This document shows, in pieces, positions 1 to 7,968 of a stretch of 64,000 bases of DNA. The notes beneath the pieces were generated by a model. That model made no database searches. It saw only the letters and a list, made by a program, of their open reading frames with translations, and had not been told where the DNA came from. Each line of letters begins with the position of its first letter. The stretch's first letter is position 1. A program made the translations under genes and the position numbers. The stretch is from Pseudomonadota bacterium (GTDB lineage Bacteria; Campylobacterota; Campylobacteria; Campylobacterales; Sulfurimonadaceae): assembly GCA_043797085.1 (NCBI GenBank), contig JAZDQA010000004.1, forward strand, positions 32,001 to 96,000. Direction: 5' to 3'.

Positions 1-92
1 ATATGTTATTCCTTTTAAAATTATTTGTTACCCGATAAATCGTTTACGCATTCCAAAAATAAATACGTAGTCGCTCAAAGCGGTTTTTTGCC

Positions 93-1190
93 TCACATGC
101 TATCAGAAACCTTTGTTTCCGTAATAATCGTATTTATTTGCTGCTGCAGATAGTCGGGAAGACTGGGGACATGCAAATCTAAAAACCCTTCGATAATGAG
201 TGATTTTGCTTTCTCCTCTTCGATACCGGATGCCATCAAATATGCCAGCTCATCTTTGGAGATCATTCCAACACTCGCTTCATGAGAGAGTTCCAAATGG
301 GGGTTTTCACCGATAAGCTCTGGAATAGCATGGATAATCCCTTTTTCACTGAGTAAAAGTCCGTTACACGACATTGACCCGCGTCCGCCGGATTCTTTTC
401 CAATGATTTTACCGCGCGTGATAACCTTTCCTCCGTTGGAAACGACACGGCTGATAATCTGTGAGGAGGTATTTTTCCCATTTAATAATACCGTCGAACC
501 GACATCATATACAGAGCCTTCGGGAGCATAGATGACGGAGTAAAATTCTCCTAAACCTCCTTCTTCTATGATGGCTAATGGATCCATACTAAGCATTTTA
601 ACACCACTTAGGGATATATACGTTGATATAAATTTAGCGTTTTTACCTACATGAGCAGCACTTCGGGGATAGACTTCTACCTCTTTACCCCAACTGTGGA
701 TCATGGTGTTAGTAACGACTGCATCTTCGTGGATGAAGAATTCGGTAACACCGATATGGCGCCCTGAGAGTGCATGAGCATTGCTCGTACAGCCACTGAT
801 GAGGTGAAATTCTGCTCCTTTTTCGGCGATGACAATGTTGTGAGTACACTGAGTGAAGCTGCTCGTATCAATCATATAGCATGTGTAAAGAGGAAGGGGA
901 ACTTTTTTTCCTGCTTTGACGCGGATAAAATAGCCTAGTTTATCACCATTATCAGCAACCTGCTTGACATATTCGTCTTGGTCAGAGTTTATTAGGGTAA
1001 AGCTCAGTTGTGAGAGCCATTCATATTTTTTCAGGGCAATGGCGATAGGCAGGATTTCGATCGCATCAGTGGCAGAGTAGGTATCGAGAATCTCGCTGTC
1101 ACGGACAAAAAAGTTAGCAGACTTTTCCTGTTCATAATCATAGGCAACATTTTTCAGGCTTTGTAGTGTTGCATCATCATACGTCTTCAT
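93..1190 (-). CDS. sufB: SufB/SufD-family Fe-S cluster assembly scaffold (minimal SMS-type SmsB)
   Basis: Beta-helix SufBD repeats with IHAIPEL..LSHEASVG..ELAYLMASG..AKSLIIEGFL. Start moved to ATG 1190, which overlaps the sufC stop (ATGA). Confidence 0.85.
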   Translation of the reverse strand: MKTYDDATLQSLKNVAYDYEQEKSANFFVRDSEILDTYSATDAIEILPIAIALKKYEWLSQLSFTLINSDQDEYVKQVADNGDKLGYFIRVKAGKKVPLPLYTCYMIDTSSFTQCTHNIVIAEKGAEFHLISGCTSNAHALSGRHIGVTEFFIHEDAVVTNTMIHSWGKEVEVYPRSAAHVGKNAKFISTYISLSGVKMLSMDPLAIIEEGGLGEFYSVIYAPEGSVYDVGSTVLLNGKNTSSQIISRVVSNGGKVITRGKIIGKESGGRGSMSCNGLLLSEKGIIHAIPELIGENPHLELSHEASVGMISKDELAYLMASGIEEEKAKSLIIEGFLDLHVPSLPDYLQQQINTIITETKVSDSM

Positions 1191-1939
1191 TGGATTTCCT
1201 TGCGGCTTTGAATACACCGTACGCATCCAGAAAAACCGTGCTGCTTAATGTCTTCCATGATATCCATTGGATTGCCGCTGCAGATGATTTTGCCATTCAT
1301 GAATACATGCCCAACATCGGCATGAATGGTGTTGAGTATATGCCCTGTGTGGGTGATTATAAGGGCAGATCGTTCACGTGCTGCTATGGGAGAACCTTTT
1401 TGCAGCATTGTATTGATCGTATTGGAGATAACCGCTATATTTTCTATGTCAACGCCCGATTCTGGTTCGTCAATCAGCAGTAAATCAGGACTTTGTGCAT
1501 AGAGTTTGAGAATTTCGGCGCGCTTAAGTTCACCTCCGGAAAACCCGACATTAAGCTCTCGATTTAAAAACGGTTCCATATTGAGCGCTTTGATTGCATG
1601 GTCAAGATCGCAGCATCGATTGATGGCTTTGAGGAAACTGTTCAGCGTTACCCCCTTGATCTTTGGAGGATGTTGAAAGGACATACCGACTCCAAAATTG
1701 GCAATGGCATCGGTGGTAAGCCCAGTGGTATCGCTACCGTGTATACGAATATTTCCTTGAGTGATGAGATATCCGGGCAATTGCATAATGGCTGATAGAA
1801 GTGTGGATTTACCTGATCCGTTTGGACCGAAAAGGATATGCACTTCCCCTTTTTTGATCGTAAGATCAATCCCCTTAATAATCTCTTTTGCATCAACAGT
1901 GACGTGCAGACCAGTGATATCCAATACGTTTGCATCCAT
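1187..1939 (-). CDS. sufC: SufC-type ABC ATPase of Fe-S assembly
   Basis: Walker A GPNGSGKST, signature FSGGELKRAE, Walker B LLLIDEPESG, C-terminal CxxC (CVRC). Start set at MDANV after a GGA RBS. Confidence 0.88.
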   Translation of the reverse strand: MDANVLDITGLHVTVDAKEIIKGIDLTIKKGEVHILFGPNGSGKSTLLSAIMQLPGYLITQGNIRIHGSDTTGLTTDAIANFGVGMSFQHPPKIKGVTLNSFLKAINRCCDLDHAIKALNMEPFLNRELNVGFSGGELKRAEILKLYAQSPDLLLIDEPESGVDIENIAVISNTINTMLQKGSPIAARERSALIITHTGHILNTIHADVGHVFMNGKIICSGNPMDIMEDIKQHGFSGCVRCIQSRKEIQ

Positions 1940-2016
1940 GATAGCTTTCCATTTCAAAATAGTATAAATTTATTATAGCAACGTTGAGTGTTTAATTTAT
2001 GAGATCAATTATAACT

Positions 2017-2181
2017 TAGTAACTGATGTTACGCACATAATACACATTGAGTAATTTTTTTGTAAATTCAACTCTAAACTTCATTTGTTACGAAACAGTG
2101 GTGCTTTTGTTTTAGATAATTTAGCACGTGAGTCTTTGAATTTTCAAAAAAATCACTCAATGTGTGTAAGGTAAATTACTA
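2017..2181. mobile_element. MITE-like element, copy 1 (long imperfect terminal inverted repeats)
   Basis: Left end TAGTAACTGATGTTACGCACAT..CACATTGAGTAATTTTTTTGTAAATTCAA. Right end reverse complement TAGTAATTTACCTTACACACATTGAGTGATTTTTTTGAAAATTCAA. Related ends occur at 5963-6131 and 49907-50077. Confidence 0.7.
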
Positions 2182-3129
2182 ATGCGTATGTTCCGTATGA
2201 CCGCTGCAGTGAATATTATTTTCTCCGGCGTATTTTTGCGTTTCGGGCTGAAGGAGGATATGGGTTGCTCCGGCGTGAGTGAGATCATGACGGAGAACTT
2301 CAATGATATTTTCAACCTCGACAAGGCTTAGAGTCTCTTCGAGTACGATATGGGCTGAAAAATAGTGTTCACGGCTGGAAGGGCGTATAAGATGGACATC
2401 ATGTATTTCTAACACCGATGGATGATTGGTGATGACTGCTGAGAATTTGGCAACTGTTTTGGGATCGGTGCGATCCATAAGACTGGAAAATGATTGGGTA
2501 ATCAGTTTAGCGCTGGCGATCAAGATTACTGCCGCAAAGATGAGGGATAAAACTGAATCAATCCATGGTATCCCCCACACTATCATTGCAGCACCTCCCA
2601 ATACAACGGCGAGGGAGAGAATTGCATCGCTTGCCATGTGCCAAAAAGCGGCACGGACGTTTAGATCGTGGTGGTGACTTTCGTCATCGTGGGTGTGTGA
2701 ATGAGCATGTCCACCTAAAATGACCGCACTGGCAGTATTGACGACAAGTGCAATTCCTGCGGTAACCATCGTCAGCCATCCATCAACAGGCATTGGGTGA
2801 AGGAGACGATTTACCGCTTCAACCGCTACCCATAGCATCAAGAGGGATAAAAAACCTGCATTGATAAACGTCGCCATCATCTCAGAACGTACATAGCCAT
2901 ACGTCATCGTTGATGAGGCAGCACGAGCACCAAGCCCAAGAGCAATCATTGTGACCATGAGGGCTAGGACATCGCTCAGGTTATGCCATGCGTCGGAGAG
3001 GAGGGCGAGTGAACCGCTAATGACCCCGACCGTGCTTTCAATGATGACAATGATAATATTAAGTAGTATGACCAATACTACACGGCGTTGATCGGAAGAA
3101 AGGTTTGTGAAAAATGAGTTAATTTGCAT
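2179..3129 (-). CDS. czcD: Cation diffusion facilitator (Zn/Co/Cd efflux)
   Basis: SLALLSDAWHNLSD, His-rich loop HAHSHTHDDESHHHD, NVRAAFWHMASD, C-terminal IHDVH. Confidence 0.9.
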   Translation of the reverse strand: MQINSFFTNLSSDQRRVVLVILLNIIIVIIESTVGVISGSLALLSDAWHNLSDVLALMVTMIALGLGARAASSTMTYGYVRSEMMATFINAGFLSLLMLWVAVEAVNRLLHPMPVDGWLTMVTAGIALVVNTASAVILGGHAHSHTHDDESHHHDLNVRAAFWHMASDAILSLAVVLGGAAMIVWGIPWIDSVLSLIFAAVILIASAKLITQSFSSLMDRTDPKTVAKFSAVITNHPSVLEIHDVHLIRPSSREHYFSAHIVLEETLSLVEVENIIEVLRHDLTHAGATHILLQPETQKYAGENNIHCSGHTEHTH

Positions 3130-3217
3130 GAAGGCTCTTTTAAAAATATTTCTTATTATAGCGAATGTGCTTTGATTAGATCGACGATTTAAGCGACATT
3201 GAGAAGTTTTCCGGTAC

Positions 3218-4480
3218 TCATGACTTCAGAAGTATTCGAAAACAGTTAAGCCCTGAATCGCAGTGGTACTCGAGTCTAAACCCGTGCTTTTGGAGAATGG
3301 AGTTGGTGAGATACAGCCCTAATCCCAATCCTGCTGAGGAGTTTTCATATTCACGGTTGAACGGTTTGGAAAAATCACGTTTTTCTTCCGGAATCGGATT
3401 ACCGACATTACAAATTTCGATAGTGTGGCTTAAAATCATCAGAGTTGGTTTAGTTGTAGAATATTTCAGTGCATTATCGAGAATGTTTTTAAGGGCGATA
3501 GCAAAAAGTTCAAAATCTACTTTCACAATCAACTGAAATTCTTCTCCTTTAATCGTAAGACTTTTTTTATCGCAGAGGAGTATATCGCAGGCATGATCGA
3601 CCAAATCGACGAAACGGTATTCTTGGAAATTAAGCTGCCACTCATCACTGCTAAATCGCTCCATCTGTGTAAACTCATTTAAAAGATAATCCATGCGAGT
3701 AAAAATTTGCTTTAAACGCTCTTGATCCACAGAGGCTTCCAAGCAATCGGTAGTGAGAGCACCTTTCATAATCGGTGTTTTAAGCTCATGTAAGATGTTG
3801 CGCAAAAAGAGTGAACGTGCTTCACGCATTGATGCTATTTTCTCCAATGTATGGTTAAATTCCTGGGTAATTTGGGAAATTTCATCTTCACCTGTGATGG
3901 GGATATTTAAAGAAGTATCACCCTCTTTAAATGCAATAATGGCGTTTTTAAGACGATGTAGCGGGAGAAGTTTAGCCAGTAAATAAGCATAAAAAAGTAA
4001 TATTAATGTATCTACCCCTGCCAATACTATCCAAAACATTACTAATGAATGGGGCTGAATGTCTTTAAGAACCATGGAATGAAAATGATTCATCTCAGGT
4101 GGTGGCGGTGGTCTGAACTCAAATTTATTGAAAAAATGTGGAGGTGGTGGAGGTCCTAGCTTTACAAAGAATGTATGACCGTTCATCTCTATCATTTTTC
4201 CAAACGGTAAAGTAATGATAGTAGAGCCTTGTGACAATAGTTTTTTACTCGAAAGTGTTGAGGGTTGAATCATTAATTGTGATAATTCAGGAGAAAAATC
4301 GCGCTGATTATGTCCAAAAAAGAATAAGCGATCGGCGAGGAGAAATCGACGTATTTGTTCTACTTCTTGCTGTTTAGAGAAGTGTTCATGCGCTATCCAA
4401 AAAAGCCCATTAATAAGGATAAAAATCAGGACAAAAAATAACGTGATAAGACGAATGATGGAGTGTTTATTTATTAACAA
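3218..4480 (-). CDS. Two-component sensor histidine kinase (2 TM, HAMP, HisKA, HATPase) with polyproline periplasmic loop
   Basis: LHELKTP H-box, NILDNALKY N-box, GLGLGLY G-box. Confidence 0.92.
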   Translation of the reverse strand: MLINKHSIIRLITLFFVLIFILINGLFWIAHEHFSKQQEVEQIRRFLLADRLFFFGHNQRDFSPELSQLMIQPSTLSSKKLLSQGSTIITLPFGKMIEMNGHTFFVKLGPPPPPHFFNKFEFRPPPPPEMNHFHSMVLKDIQPHSLVMFWIVLAGVDTLILLFYAYLLAKLLPLHRLKNAIIAFKEGDTSLNIPITGEDEISQITQEFNHTLEKIASMREARSLFLRNILHELKTPIMKGALTTDCLEASVDQERLKQIFTRMDYLLNEFTQMERFSSDEWQLNFQEYRFVDLVDHACDILLCDKKSLTIKGEEFQLIVKVDFELFAIALKNILDNALKYSTTKPTLMILSHTIEICNVGNPIPEEKRDFSKPFNREYENSSAGLGLGLYLTNSILQKHGFRLEYHCDSGLNCFRILLKS

Positions 4481-5135
4481 ATTTGTATCCTACCCCTCGA
4501 ACTGAGACAATATAACGGGGATTTTTAGTATCATCGCCGATTTTTTGGCGTATACGACCCATGATAACGTCAATACTTTTGAGACTGCTCTCATATTTTA
4601 TCGAGCCGATATTCATCAGTAATTCTTCGCGTGAAATAACGTAACGCTCTTTTTTAATCATATACGAAACAATGTCGTATTCGGCTTGTGTGAGCCGAAG
4701 AAGTAAACTATCTTTGGAAATTTCATGTCGTGCTTCATCGATTTCAAAGGGTGTGAGTTTTTTAGGCATAGTGGGATGAATACGGCGCATGATTGCATCG
4801 ATTCTGAAAATTAACTCCTGTGGATCATAGGGTTTTGGGAGATAATCATCCGCACCGCGTGAAAACCCCATCATTTTATCCCGTATGTCCGAGCGTGCCG
4901 AGGAAATGATGATAGGGATGTTACTTTCTTGACGAATCAGACGACAAATCTCCATCCCATCCATTTGTGGTAAAGAGAGATCCAACACCAGTAAATCATA
5001 TATGTTTGTTTGAAAAAGACTTAAACCCTCTAATGGAGTTGAAGCAATTGTCATTCTAATATCATCTTTCTCCAGACGTGTTTTTAACAACTGCGCCAAC
5101 TCAATATCATCTTCAATCATTAAAACATTAATCAT
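4467..5135 (-). CDS. OmpR/PhoB-family response regulator
   Basis: IEDD, LDLSLPQMDG, GADDYLPKPY, wHTH with SVRGVGYKF. Start moved to MINVLMIEDD at 5135. Confidence 0.93.
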   Translation of the reverse strand: MINVLMIEDDIELAQLLKTRLEKDDIRMTIASTPLEGLSLFQTNIYDLLVLDLSLPQMDGMEICRLIRQESNIPIIISSARSDIRDKMMGFSRGADDYLPKPYDPQELIFRIDAIMRRIHPTMPKKLTPFEIDEARHEISKDSLLLRLTQAEYDIVSYMIKKERYVISREELLMNIGSIKYESSLKSIDVIMGRIRQKIGDDTKNPRYIVSVRGVGYKFVNK

Positions 5136-5141
5136 AAGCCG

Positions 5142-5147
5142 ATTATA
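5142..5147 (-). promoter_or_regulatory. -10 box TATAAT 6 nt upstream of the response-regulator ATG (probable leaderless mRNA)
   Basis: Minus strand reads GATATAATCGGCTTATG, with no Shine-Dalgarno sequence. Confidence 0.55.
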
Positions 5148-5159
5148 TCGGGGAGAGAG

Positions 5160-5191
5160 TAAATAAAAAGTAACATACCCGTAAGGGCATG
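5160..5191 (-). terminator. Probable intrinsic terminator of the EF-hand gene
   Basis: Minus strand CATGCCC-TTAC-GGGTATG hairpin followed by TTACTTTTTATTT. Confidence 0.5.
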
Positions 5192-5196
5192 CCCAC

Positions 5197-5868
5197 TTAA
5201 GCACTGATGCTTAAAAGAGAAGTAGAACTTGCTGTGGAGGTATTGTTCCCATAATAGGAAAGTATGTTTTTGAGCATAATGTCGCTGAATTTCTGAGAGG
5301 CATTCTCTGTTTGAGACGTTGTGGATGCTGCAGAGGAATCCGTTGCTGATGCCGTACCATTGTTTTTATTGGACGAATCAGTTTTTGAATTCCCTAAAGC
5401 TGCCAATAACTCGTCGATACTGACTGTTCCGTCTTGATTGGTATCCATTGCGTCAATAATGTCACTACTGCTTGAACTCTCAGATGTTGAGGATGAATCA
5501 CTTGGAGGAGGGGGAGGCATTCCGCCGGGAGGTGGTGGCATATCCCCTTTACCCTCAGGCGGTTTCATATTTTTAAGAGATGCAACCAGTTCTTCGGTAC
5601 TCATACTTCCGTTACTGTCGGTATCGAGGGTAGAAAAAATATCCGTTGCAGCTGAACTGCTAGTAGTGCTGCTGCTTGAACTGGAGGCGAGTGCTTGCGC
5701 CGCCGCACTAAATTCGGCTTTATCGATTGAACCGCTTTTATCCGTATCCAACGAGCTCAGTAATTCCTGAGCCATCTTTTCAAAATCGGGTTTTCCCTTT
5801 TGTGAAGCAGATGAGACGCCGGAGTAACTATTAGACGAATACGCACTGTAGTTAGAATTAACTGTCAT
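5197..5868 (-). CDS. EF-hand calcium-binding protein, Ser/Pro-rich (XopAW-like architecture)
   Basis: Three EF loops (DTDKSGSIDKAE, DTDSNGSMSTEE, DTNQDGTVSIDE), a PPPPGGMPPPPP linker and an AGGAG RBS. Confidence 0.85.
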   Translation of the reverse strand: MTVNSNYSAYSSNSYSGVSSASQKGKPDFEKMAQELLSSLDTDKSGSIDKAEFSAAAQALASSSSSSTTSSSAATDIFSTLDTDSNGSMSTEELVASLKNMKPPEGKGDMPPPPGGMPPPPPSDSSSTSESSSSSDIIDAMDTNQDGTVSIDELLAALGNSKTDSSNKNNGTASATDSSAASTTSQTENASQKFSDIMLKNILSYYGNNTSTASSTSLLSISA

Positions 5869-5916
5869 GGTAAACTCCTTATCAGGTGTAGCAAGAAAAT
5901 TTCTTACTCAACTGCA

Positions 5917-5949
5917 AGCATAAAATGGATAGGGTAACTAATGGGTAAC
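5917..5949 (-). promoter_or_regulatory. Promoter of the EF-hand gene with an 11-bp-spaced GTTACCC direct repeat (putative OmpR-family binding site)
   Basis: GGGTAAC at 5932-5938 and 5943-5949; -10-like TATGCT at 5922-5917. Confidence 0.55.
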
Positions 5950-5962
5950 ACTATTTTATTTA

Positions 5963-6131
5963 TAACTGACCTTACGCACTTCATCGGAAGTGGGGCTTTA
6001 GCCCCGCCAAAAACTTAGCTTGCATTGTAATTTCCATCAAAGTAACTAGGCGAGGCTAAAGCCTCACTTCCAAAAATAGCATTTCAGATGCAAATTTTTA
6101 CAAAAGTACGCAATGTGCGAAACATCACTTA
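5963..6131. mobile_element. MITE-like element, copy 2, carrying a REP-doublet cargo
   Basis: Ends are TAACTGACCTTACGCAC and (reverse complement) TAAGTGATGTTTCGCACATTGCGTA. Internal inverted palindrome pair at 5986-6071. Confidence 0.65.
5986..6071. repeat. REP-doublet (REPIN-like) inverted pair
   Basis: GGAAGTGGGGCTTTAGCCCCGCC ... GGCGAGGCTAAAGCCTCACTTCC, with a second copy at 14871-14939. Confidence 0.75.
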
Positions 6132-6182
6132 ATAATGTCAAACTCTTGTGAAATAACAGCTTTAAAGCGGGAAGCTTCGATT
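6129..6182. repeat. Displaced copy of the lolA 3' end (att-like direct repeat)
   Basis: 49/54 nt identical to 7340-7393; the minus strand still reads IEASRFKAVISQEFDIIK*. Confidence 0.85.
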
Positions 6183-7014
6183 AAAATTTAAATGATTTTA
6201 TATTCTCCTTTAATATATCTATAAGTGTAATGGATTTTATTTCTTGATGATCATAGTGAACAATATTTGTTACTTTGTCTTTTGCTATTGAAATAGAATG
6301 GTTATGATCTCGAATATAAAAATTTTGATCATCATTAAAAATAAGAGAACCATGAATAGTTTGATTATTTTCTATTTGCAAATTTATTTCTGTTTTTTGC
6401 ATATTAGCCAATGTAAAACCTTTAGCATTAATCAATAAAGCAATTGTGAATGATAGCGATAGAAGGTATCCAATTAAATGTGCAGGGTTTAAGTATTTTT
6501 TTTCCTCATAATATTCAATCATTATTCTATAAAATGCTATATTAATAAATGTGAGAAAACTATATCTCCAATCAATAAAGAAAATAAGAATAATTCCAAA
6601 TCCAATGAACATCAAAATATCTATATACTTTTCTTTTGTTTTGTTGGTGCTTTCATCTCTTCCTGATGATTCAAATTTTGATAAATTATTACTATGATAA
6701 AAGCCTACTAGAATCATTAAAATAAGTGTAATTGTGAAGTTCTGAAATAATAAAGGTGTCATACTTGATACAAAAAATGCTAAAAAAATATTGAAATGAC
6801 CAAATTGAGATAGTAATATAATTGGTAATGAGATAAAAAGCATCAATAGGCCAAAAGCTGATAAAAATGTTAAATCAGGAACAATAAAAGCAAAGCCATT
6901 TATTTGCATATAGAAAGCAAATGTTAAATATCCAAAGAAAAAAACACCAAAAGCAAGTAGTTGCCAATTATTTTTTAATTGTTCAATAAATTTTGAAATA
7001 GTTTCATTTTGCAT
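6181..7014 (-). CDS. Hypothetical multi-pass membrane protein (AT-rich islet cargo)
   Basis: 277-aa ORF with about 6-7 hydrophobic segments, GGAG RBS and strongly AT-rich sequence. Confidence 0.75.
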   Translation of the reverse strand: MQNETISKFIEQLKNNWQLLAFGVFFFGYLTFAFYMQINGFAFIVPDLTFLSAFGLLMLFISLPIILLSQFGHFNIFLAFFVSSMTPLLFQNFTITLILMILVGFYHSNNLSKFESSGRDESTNKTKEKYIDILMFIGFGIILIFFIDWRYSFLTFINIAFYRIMIEYYEEKKYLNPAHLIGYLLSLSFTIALLINAKGFTLANMQKTEINLQIENNQTIHGSLIFNDDQNFYIRDHNHSISIAKDKVTNIVHYDHQEIKSITLIDILKENIKSFKF

Positions 7015-7335
7015 AATTTTATTGTCTCCAAATTAAAAGTACGAGCTGTATTTCAAAAGTTTTAGGAGGTTTAGTATAACCATTAGTTTGATAGTTTGAA
7101 GTTGGAATTGTAAATCATTCATGCAGAAAACCCCTCCGTTTGCACATTGTAAAGAGGTGGGAGAGGTATGTTAAGGAAATTATCACGAAAATAAGCTTTG
7201 AAATTTATTACACCTATGAATAAATTTTGTTTACAGAGGTAGTTTGATTCAAAAAAATCCATTCATGTCCCATAACAAAAAATCATTATAGTTATTATAG
7301 CTAAAGTGAATTCTTATTTAGATTATTTATTGATT

Positions 7336-7848
7336 TTATTTAATAACGTCAAACCCTTGGGGAATAACAGCCTTAAAGCGGGAAGCTTCGATTGCTTTGT
7401 TGGTTGTTGGGGTTAAGAATTTTATGATGACTTGATTTTCGTAACTGTCGGAATAGCTGATGGACGTCAATGTATCGTTGGAAAAATCAATAAAATAGGT
7501 TTGATTATTCACCGTAGCACTGTAGCGTGAGGCATCAATGGGTTTGGCTTTTTTGATTATTTCGAGAAAATCTATGTCGCCATTGAGTGTTCGGACAGTG
7601 GCTTGTTCGATGAGTGGTTCTATGAGAGTCAGGCGTGAACCGTTGATATAAACACTTTTTTGAATCGGTTTTTGGTAGGTCCATAAAGCATTTTGAGGTT
7701 TCGCTGCCCATAGTTCTCCGGTATAGACCAGCTTTTTTTTATGCTCATCGATAATTGTCTGGGTGAAGGTGGAGTGAAAAGAGTTAATGTCTTTTGGAGC
7801 TGCCAAGAGAGAAAGAGCCGATAAAAGAGTGAAGATGAAAATGCGCAT
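7336..7848 (-). CDS. lolA: Outer-membrane lipoprotein chaperone LolA
   Basis: Signal peptide and the FTQTII..YTGELWAAKPQNALWTYQKPIQK motif; divergent from secA, as in Campylobacterota. Confidence 0.88.
   Translation of the reverse strand: MRIFIFTLLSALSLLAAPKDINSFHSTFTQTIIDEHKKKLVYTGELWAAKPQNALWTYQKPIQKSVYINGSRLTLIEPLIEQATVRTLNGDIDFLEIIKKAKPIDASRYSATVNNQTYFIDFSNDTLTSISYSDSYENQVIIKFLTPTTNKAIEASRFKAVIPQGFDVIK
7340..7393. repeat. lolA 3' end copy of the 54-bp direct repeat
   Basis: Matches 6129-6182; the last 21 nt are identical. Confidence 0.85.
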
Positions 7849-7968
7849 ATTTTTCCTTTTTTTTTAAGTGAGACATTGTATCCAATCGCCATTAACCAAA
7901 ACAATAGTTTCTATATGATAAAATCGTCAACTTTTTAAATACAGTCCATACTATACAGAAGGCAATCA

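Noticed and set aside
5438..5770. Antisense ORFs over real genes (e.g. 5438-5770, 11195-11710, 50075-50560, 52978-53361)
   Set aside because: They overlap well-supported genes on the opposite strand and have no motifs or RBS.
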